A stretch of DNA of 64,000 bases from Burkholderiales bacterium. GTDB taxonomy: Bacteria; Pseudomonadota; Gammaproteobacteria; Burkholderiales; SG8-39. A program made the translations under genes and the position numbers. Location of the stretch: positions 30,624 to 94,623 of the forward strand of contig DATMJC010000044.1 in the NCBI GenBank assembly GCA_035554435.1, in the 5' to 3' direction. The stretch's first letter is position 1; each line of letters begins with the position of its first letter. Shown here piece after piece: positions 7,993 to 17,036 of the stretch. A model generated the notes under the pieces. It did no database searches. It was not told the origin of the DNA and was given only the letters and a program-made list of their open reading frames with translations.

Positions 7993-8997
7993 CTAGCAAG
8001 GCGCCGGCGGCGCCTCGGCGAGCTTCGGGTCGATCGCGCGCAGCGCGTTCGGCCAGGTGAGCTTGCCGAAATCCACCGGCTGCGTGGTGAGCCCGGCGCC
8101 CTGCGCCCACTTCGACAGGCTGCAGAAGTCCTGGTAGTAGACGCGGTCGAGCGCGATCGGCCGCGTGTTGGTGTCCCACTGGTCGCGCGTCGCCTTCTCC
8201 GAGAGGCTGTAGGTCTTGGCCGCATACGCCGCCACCGCCTTGAAGTCGCCCTCGGCCTTGGCGCGCCCCTTGAGGATCGCGCGCAGGAACCGCTGCACCT
8301 TGTCTGCGCCGTCGGCGGAATTGAGGAACTCGGGCCGCGCCCCGGCCACGAGGTAGCCCTGGATGTAGCCCGAGGCGTCGCTCATCTGCCAGGCGTTCGC
8401 CGGGCAGATCTCGAGCGTACGCGAGCCGATCGGCTGCCAGATGAAGAACGCCGAGATGTCGCCTGCGCACAGCGCCGCCGGCAGGAGCTGCGTGTCGAGG
8501 TTCTTCACCGGCACGCTCTTCGGGTCGACGCCGTTCTTCGACAGGTACTCCGAGATGAACCACGAGCCGGTCGAGCCCACGCGCGTGGCCACCGTCTTGC
8601 CGACGAGGTCCTTGGGCGACTTGATGTCCTTGCGCGCGATGACCACGTAGCCCTTGGCGTCGCGCTCGATCGCGGCGAAGGTCTGGTAGTGGCCAGGGTT
8701 GTTGAAGAAGTACTGCACGCTCGGCAGGTCGCCGGTCATCACGACGTCGCCCTGGCCGGTGCGGAAGGTCTGGAACGCGGTCGTGCCCGACGGGAACACC
8801 CGGTAGTCGACCTCGAGCCCCTGCTCCTTGAAGTAGCCGTACTCGAGCGCCATCCAGATGGCGTCGTTGTTGACCGAGGGCTGTCCGAAGAGAACCAGCT
8901 TCTTCAAGGGTTGGGCATCCGCCAATCCGACCGTGAAAAGCAATAGCGCCAGAATCGTTCCGATCTGTCTTCCCATTCGCTTGATAACTGCATTCAT
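7993..8997 (-). CDS. ABC transporter substrate-binding protein (NMT1/NitT-TauT family)
   Basis: 334 aa with a signal peptide. Contains NDAIWMALEYGYFKEQGLEVDYRVFPSGTTAFQ, typical of sulfonate/nitrate/taurine-type binding proteins. Confidence 0.8.
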   Translation of the reverse strand: MNAVIKRMGRQIGTILALLLFTVGLADAQPLKKLVLFGQPSVNNDAIWMALEYGYFKEQGLEVDYRVFPSGTTAFQTFRTGQGDVVMTGDLPSVQYFFNNPGHYQTFAAIERDAKGYVVIARKDIKSPKDLVGKTVATRVGSTGSWFISEYLSKNGVDPKSVPVKNLDTQLLPAALCAGDISAFFIWQPIGSRTLEICPANAWQMSDASGYIQGYLVAGARPEFLNSADGADKVQRFLRAILKGRAKAEGDFKAVAAYAAKTYSLSEKATRDQWDTNTRPIALDRVYYQDFCSLSKWAQGAGLTTQPVDFGKLTWPNALRAIDPKLAEAPPAPC

Positions 8998-9006
8998 GGC
9001 GTCCTC

Positions 9007-9765
9007 CTAGGTCAGCGCAATATAAGACATGTAGCGCGAAAGCATGCGGTCGACCGCGATCCGGAACAGGCGGTCGAAGATGAAGCCGATCACGCAGATC
9101 GTGAGCAGCGCGACGAAGATGCGGTTGGTCTGCAGCAGGATCGAGGACTGCTGCAGCAGGAAGCCGATGCCCGAATCGGCCGCCAGGATCTCCGCCGGGA
9201 TGATGCTCATGAACGACGACGCCATCGCGATCCGCATCCCCGTGACGATGTACGGCGCGGCGGAGGGAATCACCACCAGAAGGAAGATCTGCAGCTCGCT
9301 CGCGCCGAGGCACTGCGCCGCGCGCTGCCGGATGACCGGCGCGCGCATCACCCCGGCGGTGGTGTTGATGAGCACGATGAAGAACGTGCCCCAGAAGATG
9401 AGGAAGTACTTCGAGGTCTCGCCGATGCCGAACCAGATCACCGCGATCGGGATCATCGCGGTCGGCGAAAGGTAGCGCAGCAGCTCGATGACGGGATCGA
9501 GCAGGTCGTTGACCAGCCTGACCCTTCCAAGAATGACGCCCAGCACGATTGCCGCGGCGCATCCCGTGACGAAGCCGACCGCGACCCGCGCCAGGCTGAT
9601 CGCGACGTGCCGGAAGATCTCGCCGTTCTGAATCATCGGCACCATGGTTTTCAGGACCACCAGCGGCGGCGGGATGAGGAACGGGTTGAACACCATCGTG
9701 GACAGGAACTGCCACGCCGCGAATGCGATGACGATCGAACCCGTGAAAAGGGTTACGGCCCTCAT
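9007..9765 (-). CDS. ABC transporter permease (NitT/TauT family)
   Basis: Internal ATG (MRAVTLFTGS...) of track ORF 9007-10563. Six hydrophobic helices. The start overlaps the ATPase stop (ATGA at 9762-9765). Confidence 0.9.
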   Translation of the reverse strand: MRAVTLFTGSIVIAFAAWQFLSTMVFNPFLIPPPLVVLKTMVPMIQNGEIFRHVAISLARVAVGFVTGCAAAIVLGVILGRVRLVNDLLDPVIELLRYLSPTAMIPIAVIWFGIGETSKYFLIFWGTFFIVLINTTAGVMRAPVIRQRAAQCLGASELQIFLLVVIPSAAPYIVTGMRIAMASSFMSIIPAEILAADSGIGFLLQQSSILLQTNRIFVALLTICVIGFIFDRLFRIAVDRMLSRYMSYIALT

Positions 9766-10505
9766 GAAAGAAGCGATTCGATGCGCCTGAAAATGTGTCC
9801 CGCCCCGGGGTCCGACAGGTCGCGCGGCCGCGGCAGGCCGACGTCGATCGTCTCGGTGATGCGCGAGCCCGGCCCGAGCGACATGACGCAGATGCGGTCG
9901 GCGAGCGTCACCGCCTCGCCGATGTCGTGCGTCACGAACACGATGGTCTTGCCGGTGCGCTGCCAGATGTCGAGCAGGAAGCCGTGCATCCTGCGGCGCG
10001 TGAGCGCATCGAGCGCGGCGAAGGGCTCGTCCATCAGCAGGACCTTCGGCTCGACCGCGAGGGCGCGCGCGATCTGCAGGCGCTGGCGCATGCCGCCCGA
10101 GAGCTGCGCCGGGAACTTGTGGCGATGCTCGGCGAGGCCGACCATCGCGAGGTATTTGTCGATGATCGCCGGCCACTCGGCCTTCGGCAGCTTGCGCACC
10201 CGCAACGCGAAGCGCACGTTCTCCTCGGCCGAGAGCCACGGCAGGAGCGCCGCGCCGGCGTCCTGGAAGAACATCACCCGGTCCTTGCCCGCGCCGCGCA
10301 CCGGCTCGCCTTCGAAGTCGACCGCGCCGCCGCTCGGCCGGTCGAATCCGGCGAGGATGTTGAGCAGCGTCGACTTGCCGCAGCCCGAGGGACCGAGCAG
10401 GCACACGAGCTCGCCGGAACGCACCTCGAAATCGATGCCGTCGAGCGCGAGGTAGCGCTGCGCGTCCGTGCCGAAAACCTTGCTGACGTTTCGCACCGCG
10501 AGCAC
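9762..10505 (-). CDS. ABC transporter ATP-binding protein
   Basis: Walker A GPSGCGKST, signature LSGGMRQR and Walker B LLMDEPF. Confidence 0.92.
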   Translation of the reverse strand: MLAVRNVSKVFGTDAQRYLALDGIDFEVRSGELVCLLGPSGCGKSTLLNILAGFDRPSGGAVDFEGEPVRGAGKDRVMFFQDAGAALLPWLSAEENVRFALRVRKLPKAEWPAIIDKYLAMVGLAEHRHKFPAQLSGGMRQRLQIARALAVEPKVLLMDEPFAALDALTRRRMHGFLLDIWQRTGKTIVFVTHDIGEAVTLADRICVMSLGPGSRITETIDVGLPRPRDLSDPGAGHIFRRIESLLS

Positions 10506-10561
10506 CGGCGTCTTGCTCCTTTCGTCCTATCGTACTATCGGCGAAAGCGAGGACGCGCGCC

Positions 10562-11818
10562 ATGGCGAATATCGAAATCCGCTCGGTCGAAGGGCTTGCA
10601 GGCAGCGCGGTGCCCTACGCGTACGCGGTGAAGGCCGGAGCGTGGCTCTTCCTGACCGGCCACGAAGCGTTCGATTTCGCCTCAGGTCCGGCGCAGGAGG
10701 TGGAAGGCCCGGAGGGCTTTCCCGCGTTTGGCGCGCCGCGGCTCAAGCGCGAGGCCGAGTTCATCCTGAAGCGCATGCGCAAGACCCTCGCGGAGTTCGG
10801 CTCCGATTTTCGCCACAGCGTCCGCGTCGACCAGTACTACCCCGTGTTCGAGGCGGTGCGCGCCTATCAGCTCGCGCGCCACGGCGAATTCGGCGACTAC
10901 ATCCCGCCGTCCACCTCGGTGCTGATGGAGCGCCTGTTCAAGCGCGACTCGCACATCTCGATGTCGATGATCGCGGCGGTCCCGGGCAAGGACTACGAGA
11001 TCGGCAAGCTCTATCCGAAGGAAGTGCCGGTCCCGGTCGGCTCGTTCTTCGTGCCGGCGATCACCTGCAACGACTTCGTGTTCGTCGCCGGGCAGATGGC
11101 GAGCGACGAGAACGCGCTCGATCCGAGCGTGCGGCTGCCCGCGGACAAGCGCAACTGGGGCGGACCCAACGCCGTGCGCCGGCAGACCGAGTTCATCATC
11201 AGGAAGCGCCTCGAGCCTGCGCTCAAGGCCGGCGACTCGTCGTGGCAGAACGTCCTCAAGGCGCAGATCTACGTGCCGAGCGCCGCCGACATCCCGGATG
11301 CGCTCGACGTCTGGCGGGAGCACGTGCCGCACCCCTGCGCCCTCACGGCAGTGCCGACGCGGGGCTTCGGCTTCGTCGACGGCATCGTCGAGATCAACCT
11401 CCTCGCGCTACGCGACGGCGCCAGGCGCCGGAAGGAAGTGCTCAAGCCGGACCTGCCCGCGCTCTCGAGCTACGGCGCGCACGTGCGCGCCGGCGAGCTC
11501 GTGCTGTGCTCGGGGCTCATGCCGCTCGGCGCCGACGGGCGCGTTCCCGGCCTCTCGAGCCTCGACGCGCTGGGCCATCCCGCCCAGGCGCAGGCCGCCA
11601 CGGTCCTTTCCCATGCCGAGCGCCTCTGCAAGGACGGGGGCAGGATCGTGCGCGCCCAGTGGTTCATGGCCGACGTGCATGCCTTTCCCGGAGTACAGCT
11701 CGCCTGGTCACGCCTCCAGGAGGGTGCGCCGCATCCCTTCGTGTGTGTCCAGGTCCCGGGCGAGCTCGGGGCGCCCGGGGCGCTCCTCACCGCAGATTTC
11801 TGGATCTATTCGCCCTGA
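10562..11818 (+). CDS. Triple-domain RidA/YjgF-family protein (three tandem RidA-like domains in one chain)
   Basis: 418 aa. Three segments each show the RidA pattern: AGAWLFLTGH..., NDFVFVAGQMA...GIVEINLLAL, and AGELVLCSGLMP...LLTADFWIY. Confidence 0.8.
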   Translation: MANIEIRSVEGLAGSAVPYAYAVKAGAWLFLTGHEAFDFASGPAQEVEGPEGFPAFGAPRLKREAEFILKRMRKTLAEFGSDFRHSVRVDQYYPVFEAVRAYQLARHGEFGDYIPPSTSVLMERLFKRDSHISMSMIAAVPGKDYEIGKLYPKEVPVPVGSFFVPAITCNDFVFVAGQMASDENALDPSVRLPADKRNWGGPNAVRRQTEFIIRKRLEPALKAGDSSWQNVLKAQIYVPSAADIPDALDVWREHVPHPCALTAVPTRGFGFVDGIVEINLLALRDGARRRKEVLKPDLPALSSYGAHVRAGELVLCSGLMPLGADGRVPGLSSLDALGHPAQAQAATVLSHAERLCKDGGRIVRAQWFMADVHAFPGVQLAWSRLQEGAPHPFVCVQVPGELGAPGALLTADFWIYSP

Positions 11819-11910
11819 AAGCGCGGCCGAAAGCGATTTCGGACTATTGACGCCCCTCGTAAAAGGGGGAGACTGGCCTCACCACGCCACATCTTTTTCG
11901 GGGGGAGGGG

Positions 11911-12093
11911 ATGGCGAAGGGCGGGTTCCTTTTCGTGCTGGTCACCGCGGCGGTCGTCGCCCCGGCGCTCGTGCTTCTCTACCTCATCATCCGGGCGCTC
12001 TGGGACGAGATCGGCCCGATGGTGCGCCTCCTCCTTCACCGCGACCGTGTCGTCGCCATCCAGGAAGACCAGGACGCCGGGCTGAAGCGGTAA
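11911..12093 (+). CDS. Small hypothetical single-pass membrane protein
   Basis: 60-aa ORF, MAKGGFLFVLVTAAVVAPALVLLYLII..., with GGAGGGG directly upstream. No recognisable family. Confidence 0.25.
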   Translation: MAKGGFLFVLVTAAVVAPALVLLYLIIRALWDEIGPMVRLLLHRDRVVAIQEDQDAGLKR

Positions 12094-12111
12094 GCCGCGC
12101 CGATTCGGGTC

Positions 12112-12489
12112 TTAGAGGCTTTGAATGAGGGCGAGGATGTTGCCCTCGCTGTCCTTGAACCAGGCCGACTTCGCGCCACCGGCCGTGGCGATGCCGTCCT
12201 CGGTCTTCATCTCCGGCATGTCATAGTCCTCGAATTGCACTCCGCGCGCCTTCAGCTCGCGCACTTCGCGCTCCACGTTCTCGACCTGCCAGAATGCCTG
12301 GCTCGCCTTCGACGTCCCCGCGTTCGGCGTCGGGTATAGGAAGCAGGCTGTGCCCTTCGCGAACTCGTAGGTGACGCCCCCGGCGATCTGCTGCTTGGGC
12401 TTCAAACCCACTTTCTCCTCGTAGAATTTGCGCGCCCGCGTCATGTCCGTGGCGGGGATGTACGCATACATCGGCGATTTCTGAAGCAT
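12112..12489 (-). CDS. VOC/glyoxalase-family protein
   Basis: Internal ATG (MLQKSPMYAYIPATDMTRARKFYEEKVGL...) of track ORF 12112-12717. 125 aa with a glyoxalase-like beta-alpha-beta pattern. Confidence 0.75.
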   Translation of the reverse strand: MLQKSPMYAYIPATDMTRARKFYEEKVGLKPKQQIAGGVTYEFAKGTACFLYPTPNAGTSKASQAFWQVENVEREVRELKARGVQFEDYDMPEMKTEDGIATAGGAKSAWFKDSEGNILALIQSL

Positions 12490-12549
12490 GGAGGGCTCCT
12501 TGTCGCTTCCGTCGGTTACAGCCACAAGAACCGTTTCCCGGGCTGCGAG

Positions 12550-12572
12550 AAAATAGGGACTGTCCCTAATTT
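12550..12572. repeat. Family-2 palindrome (AAAATAGGGAC-T-GTCCCTAATTT), one mismatch
   Basis: Read directly. Lies in the divergent gap between the VOC gene (-) and the ECF sigma start at 12579 (+). Confidence 0.8.
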
Positions 12573-12578
12573 CCAACC

Positions 12579-13793
12579 ATGAACGAAAAGATCGAGGCGG
12601 TCTACCGCGCAGAGTCCCGCCGCGTGTTCGCGACGCTGGTGCGCCTGCTCGGCGATTTCGACCTTGCCGAGGAAGCGCTGCACGAAGCCTTCCGCGCCGC
12701 GCTGGAACAATGGCCAAGCGACGGCGTTCCCGACAACCCGCGCGCCTGGCTGGTGTCGGCGGGGCGCTTCAAGGCGATCGACGCCATCCGCCGCCGCGCG
12801 CGCTTCGATCCCCTCGAGGAAGAGCACGCGGAAACGATTTCGACCGAAGAACAGGAGATCAATGAAATCGAGGACGACCGGCTGCGGCTCATCTTCACCT
12901 GCTGCCACCCCGCGCTTTCGCCCGACGCTCAAGTTGCGCTCACGTTGCGCGAAGTCTGCGGCCTCAAGACCGAGGAGATCGCGTACGCCTTCCTCACGCC
13001 GGCGCCGACGCTCGCGCAGCGCATCGTGCGCGCGAAGAGCAAGATCCGCGACGCGCGCATCCCGTACGAGGTGCCGGCCGCCGCCGAGCTCGGCGAGCGG
13101 CTCGACGCGGTGCTGCGCGTGATCTACCTCGTGTTCAACGAAGGCTACTCCGCTTCGTCCGGCGAATCGGCGACGCGTGCCGACCTCTCGGCCGAGGCGC
13201 TGCGCCTCGCGCGGCTCCTCGCCGCGCTCCTGCCCGAACCCGAGGCGATGGGCCTGCTCGCGCTCATGCTCCTGCACGAATCGCGCCGCGCGGCGCGCAC
13301 CTCGCCGAGCGGGGACCTGATTCTGCTCGAGCATCAGGACCGGAGCAGGTGGGACCCAAAACTCATCGCCGAAGGCACCTCGCTGGTGGAGGCGGCGCTC
13401 TCCTCCCGGCGCTTCGGCCCCTACAGCCTGCAGGCGGCCATCTCGGCGGTGCACGCCGAGGCGCCCGCGGCCGCGGCGACCGACTGGGCGCAGATCGTGG
13501 CGCTCTACGACGTGCTCGAGCGCCTCGACCCCTCGCCGGTCGTAGCGCTGAACCGCGCCGTGGCGCTCGCGATGCGCGACGGCCCCGCGGCCGGACTTTC
13601 ACTTGTCGAGGAGATCCTGGAAAAAGGCGATCTGCACGATTACCACCTTGCCCACGCGGCGCGCGCGGACCTGTGCCGGCGGCTCGGGCGCAACGCCGAA
13701 GCGCGCGCAGCCTACGAGCGCGCCCTCGCCCTCGCCCGGCAGGAGCCCGAGCGGCGCTTCCTCAAGCGGCGGCTCGCCGAATTGAAGGGCTGA
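12579..13793 (+). CDS. ECF sigma factor with long C-terminal TPR-like extension (ECF42-type)
   Basis: 404 aa. Sigma-2 region is [17 protein letters not shown]...[21 protein letters not shown] and the sigma-4 HTH is [19 protein letters not shown] helical extension of about 200 aa follows. A YciI/DGPF gene lies downstream. Confidence 0.85.
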   Translation: MNEKIEAVYRAESRRVFATLVRLLGDFDLAEEALHEAFRAALEQWPSDGVPDNPRAWLVSAGRFKAIDAIRRRARFDPLEEEHAETISTEEQEINEIEDDRLRLIFTCCHPALSPDAQVALTLREVCGLKTEEIAYAFLTPAPTLAQRIVRAKSKIRDARIPYEVPAAAELGERLDAVLRVIYLVFNEGYSASSGESATRADLSAEALRLARLLAALLPEPEAMGLLALMLLHESRRAARTSPSGDLILLEHQDRSRWDPKLIAEGTSLVEAALSSRRFGPYSLQAAISAVHAEAPAAAATDWAQIVALYDVLERLDPSPVVALNRAVALAMRDGPAAGLSLVEEILEKGDLHDYHLAHAARADLCRRLGRNAEARAAYERALALARQEPERRFLKRRLAELKG

Positions 13794-13842
13794 GCAGTCG
13801 ATTTGCGGCCCGGCGGTTCGACTAGCCGGAAAGGAGCCGCAA

Positions 13843-13998
13843 ATGGACATGCTGAAGAAGGTCGGGCCTTACCTCGCGATCGAAATCCTGTTACCCGGCG
13901 GGACTTTAATAGCGCTCTTGCTCTATCTGGCCCGGCACCGCAAATTCTTTCCGAGCCTGATGTCGATTCTCGGCCCGGCCGTTCGACTATTCACTTAG
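13843..13998 (+). CDS. Possible 51-aa membrane peptide (below the track cutoff)
   Basis: ATG is preceded by GGAAAGGAGCCGCAA. It encodes MDMLKKVGPYLAIEILLPGGTLIALLLYLARHRKFFPSLMSILGPAVRLFT. G/C-rich third codon positions are less pronounced than in neighbouring genes. Confidence 0.35.
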   Translation: MDMLKKVGPYLAIEILLPGGTLIALLLYLARHRKFFPSLMSILGPAVRLFT

Positions 13999-14016
13999 AT
14001 CCTTAAGGAGATAGCG

Positions 14017-14361
14017 GTGAAATACCTCTGCCTGGTTTATGGAGAAGAGAAGGCGATCCAATCGATGGACGACCGCCACTGCCTCGACTACGACGAGTCG
14101 GTCCGCGCGAGCGGGCATTGCATCGCATCGGAGGCGCTGCAGCCGGTGGCGACCGCGACGACCGTGAGGGTGCGCGGCGGCAAGGTCTCGGTGACCGACG
14201 GCCCGTTCGCCGAAACCAAGGAATGCCTCGCCGGGTTCTACCTCGTCGAGGCGCGCGACCTGAACGAGGCGATCCAGCTCGCCTCGCGCATCCCGCCCGC
14301 CGCGGTCGGCAGCATCGAGGTGCGGCCCATCCGCCCGATCCGGGAAACGACGCCGCGATGA
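14017..14361 (+). CDS. YciI-family (DGPF-domain) protein
   Basis: GTG start 6 nt after AAGGAG. Contains the motif VTDGPFAETKECLAGFYLVEA. Confidence 0.85.
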   Translation: MKYLCLVYGEEKAIQSMDDRHCLDYDESVRASGHCIASEALQPVATATTVRVRGGKVSVTDGPFAETKECLAGFYLVEARDLNEAIQLASRIPPAAVGSIEVRPIRPIRETTPR

Positions 14362-14858
14362 AAAAAAAGCCTTCCGCTCCGAAAAAGAAGCGCGTGAGCT
14401 TCACCCCGACCGGATACCACAGCGTGACACCCTACCTCGCGTGCGGCGACGCGGCGGCGGCGATCGAGTTCTACAAAAAGGCGTTCGGCGCGAGCGAGGT
14501 CATGCGCATGCCCGGGCCCGGCGGCAGGATCGGCCACGCCGAGGTGAAGATCGGCGATTCGCGCGTCATGCTCACCGACGAGTACGCCGAGATGAGCTTC
14601 GTCGGGCCGCTCTCGCGCGGCGGCACCACGGTCCACATGCACGTCTACGTGAAAGACGTCGACGCCACGATGCAGCGCGCGCTCGCCGCGGGCGGCAAGC
14701 TGGTGCGCGAGATCAAGGACCAGTTCTACGGCGATCGCAGCGGCACGCTCGCCGACCCGTTCGGCCACGTCTGGCACCTCGCGACGCACAAGGAAGACGT
14801 CTCCACGGCCGAGCTCAGGAAGCGCGCCGAGAAGCTGGTGACGGAAGCGGGCGGCTAG
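14358..14858 (+). CDS. VOC/glyoxalase (PhnB-like) protein with Lys-rich N-terminal extension
   Basis: ATGA overlap with the yciI stop. Reads MKKKPSAPKKKRVSF, then GYHSVTPYLACGDAAAAIEFYKKAFGA...DQFYGDRSGTLADPFGHVWHLATH. Confidence 0.85.
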   Translation: MKKKPSAPKKKRVSFTPTGYHSVTPYLACGDAAAAIEFYKKAFGASEVMRMPGPGGRIGHAEVKIGDSRVMLTDEYAEMSFVGPLSRGGTTVHMHVYVKDVDATMQRALAAGGKLVREIKDQFYGDRSGTLADPFGHVWHLATHKEDVSTAELRKRAEKLVTEAGG

Positions 14859-16087
14859 GCAGGTACCGGCGCGGCCCCGGCCGCGCGCCGCGGAACGCGT
14901 GGCGGACGCTCGTCCATCAGCCATTGCAGCGTGAACGCGGTGAGGCCGATCACGATCAACGCACCCCAGCCGAAGTTGTAGCTGCCGAAGCGATCGAACA
15001 CCACGCCGCCCATCCAGGCGCCGAAGAACGAGCCGACCTGGTGGCTGAGGAACACCACCCCGTAGAGCGTGTTGAAGTGGGTGAGGCCGAACACGCGGCC
15101 GATGATCCCGGTGACGAGCGGCGCGACGCCGAGCCAGAGGAAGCCCATCGCGGCAGCGAATACCAGGGTCGACGCCGCGCTCACCGGCACGAGCAGGAAG
15201 ACGACGATGAAGAGGGTGCGCAGGAGGTAGATGAGCGCGAGCAGGTGCTTCTGGCTGTAGCGCGCCCCGAGCAGGCCGAACATGTAAGTGCCGATCGTGT
15301 TGAACAGGCCGATCAGCGCAAGCGCGGTTGCGCCCACGCCCGGCGCCACGCCGCAGAGCGCCAGGTAGCTCGGCAGGTGCGTGGTGATGAACACGAGCTG
15401 GAAGCCGCAGGCAAAGAACGCGAGCGTCATGAAGAGGTAGCCGCGATGCGCGATCGCTTCGCGAAGTGCTTCTCCCAGCTTGAGATGGGCCTGCGGAGAG
15501 GATCCGGCAGAGGCAGCGGGCTCTCGTATGGCGAGCGAGAGAACCGCCATCGAAGCAGCGATGGCGGCGAACGCGACGAGCGCGCCTTGCCAGCCGATGC
15601 CGCCGATGAGGTGCTGGCCGACCGGCGCAAGCACCAGGGTGCCCAGCGACCCAGCCGCGGCCACGAGGCCCACGGTCTGGCTGCGCTTCTCCGGCCGTGT
15701 GGCGCGCGACACCGTCCCGATCAGCACGCCGAAGCCGGTGCCCGCCGTCCCGACGCCGGCGAGGAAGCCGGCGACGTAAAGCGCACCCGGGAACACGCTC
15801 GAGAATCCCATCAGGACGAGCCCCGCGGCGTACACCAGCGCAGTGACGACGAGCACCGGGCGCGCACCGTAGCGGTCGGCGGCCGCGCCGACGAACGGCT
15901 GGGAGAGCCCCCAGACGATGTTCTGCAGCGCGATCGAGAAGCCGAAGGTCGCCGCCGAGATGCCGAGGTCCACGGTCATCGGCCGCATGAACAGGCCCAG
16001 GCTCTGGCGCAGGCCCATGCACAGGGAAATGATCAGGCCGCTCAGGACAATAAGCAGCAGCATCGCACGGCGCTGGCTTTGGCTCAT
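14855..16087 (-). CDS. MFS transporter
   Basis: 410 aa with 12 hydrophobic segments. The loop AADRYGARP lies between TM2 and TM3. Confidence 0.85.
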   Translation of the reverse strand: MSQSQRRAMLLLIVLSGLIISLCMGLRQSLGLFMRPMTVDLGISAATFGFSIALQNIVWGLSQPFVGAAADRYGARPVLVVTALVYAAGLVLMGFSSVFPGALYVAGFLAGVGTAGTGFGVLIGTVSRATRPEKRSQTVGLVAAAGSLGTLVLAPVGQHLIGGIGWQGALVAFAAIAASMAVLSLAIREPAASAGSSPQAHLKLGEALREAIAHRGYLFMTLAFFACGFQLVFITTHLPSYLALCGVAPGVGATALALIGLFNTIGTYMFGLLGARYSQKHLLALIYLLRTLFIVVFLLVPVSAASTLVFAAAMGFLWLGVAPLVTGIIGRVFGLTHFNTLYGVVFLSHQVGSFFGAWMGGVVFDRFGSYNFGWGALIVIGLTAFTLQWLMDERPPRVPRRAAGAAPVPA

Positions 16088-16095
16088 GGCTCGTA

Positions 16096-16167
16096 AACCG
16101 ATCTGTTTAGCGATGATCGGTTGGTATTTCTACTAGACTTGCGCCGGCCGATGTAACAGATGTAACG
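16096..16167. promoter_or_regulatory. Inverted repeat AACCGATC-N11-GATCGGTT (16096-16122) plus tandem direct repeat GATGTAACA/GATGTAACG (16150-16167) upstream of the MFS gene
   Basis: Read directly in the 84-nt gap between the DJ-1 stop and the MFS start (both on the minus strand). Confidence 0.35.
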
Positions 16168-16171
16168 GCAC

Positions 16172-16843
16172 TTACCCACCGCCGGCGTACTCTAGATCGC
16201 CTTTATAGAGCTCGTAGGCCTTCGAGTACTCCATGACGCGCGCCACCTCGGAGATGAAATTCTCGTCGTAGCCGGCGCGGCGCAGCAGGTGGAAGCCGAC
16301 TTCCATCCCGGAGCTGATACCCCCGCCGCTGATGACGCGGCCGGCGTCGACCACGCGCGCGCGGCTGATCCTGCACTTCGGCGCGATCTCGGCGAGGCGG
16401 TCGATCGGCACCTTGCCCATGGCCGACTGCTCGAGGCGATCGGGCTCCTTTCGGTTGGTCGCGGCGAGGCCATCGAGCAGGCCCATCCTGCCGTAGATCC
16501 ACGAGCCGGTGCACACCGAGACGAGCAGCGTCTTCTCCGGGAGCTCGCGGATGAAAGCGTGCAGGCGCGCGTTGCTGATTTCCGCGCGGGTGCCGAATCC
16601 GCCCGGGATGAGGAACGCGTCCATGTTCGGGCGCTCGGCGAACGAGTAGTTCGGCAGCACGGTGAACCCAGCCTGCGCGCTCACCGGGCGCAGCGCCTCG
16701 GCGATGAAGAACGCGTCGAGCTCGGGGTCGAAGCGGCGCGCGACGGCGAACACGCCGTAGGGTGCGGCGAAATCGACGATTTCCAGCTCCTTGCAGATGT
16801 AGATGCCCAGGCGAAAGCCCGGCTTTTTCGGGAAGGTCGGCAT
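16172..16843 (-). CDS. DJ-1/PfpI-family protein
   Basis: Internal ATG (MPTFPKKPGFRLGIY...). Shows the nucleophile-elbow VSVCTGSWIYG and IPGGFGTR. Confidence 0.85.
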   Translation of the reverse strand: MPTFPKKPGFRLGIYICKELEIVDFAAPYGVFAVARRFDPELDAFFIAEALRPVSAQAGFTVLPNYSFAERPNMDAFLIPGGFGTRAEISNARLHAFIRELPEKTLLVSVCTGSWIYGRMGLLDGLAATNRKEPDRLEQSAMGKVPIDRLAEIAPKCRISRARVVDAGRVISGGGISSGMEVGFHLLRRAGYDENFISEVARVMEYSKAYELYKGDLEYAGGG

Positions 16844-17036
16844 GGTCTGACTCACGAAGGAGAAGAGTTGAGAAACCGAGGTTCGGAAATTGAGCGAGGC
16901 AGATTCTACGAGCCTGGCGTTTTCAACTGACTGGATTTCACGACACGACAATCCGCCGCACACAGAAATCACCATTATCACTACATGGGTTCTAGCTCAT
17001 CGGCTGCTACCATCCTTCGGCTTGCGAAGAGATCAC

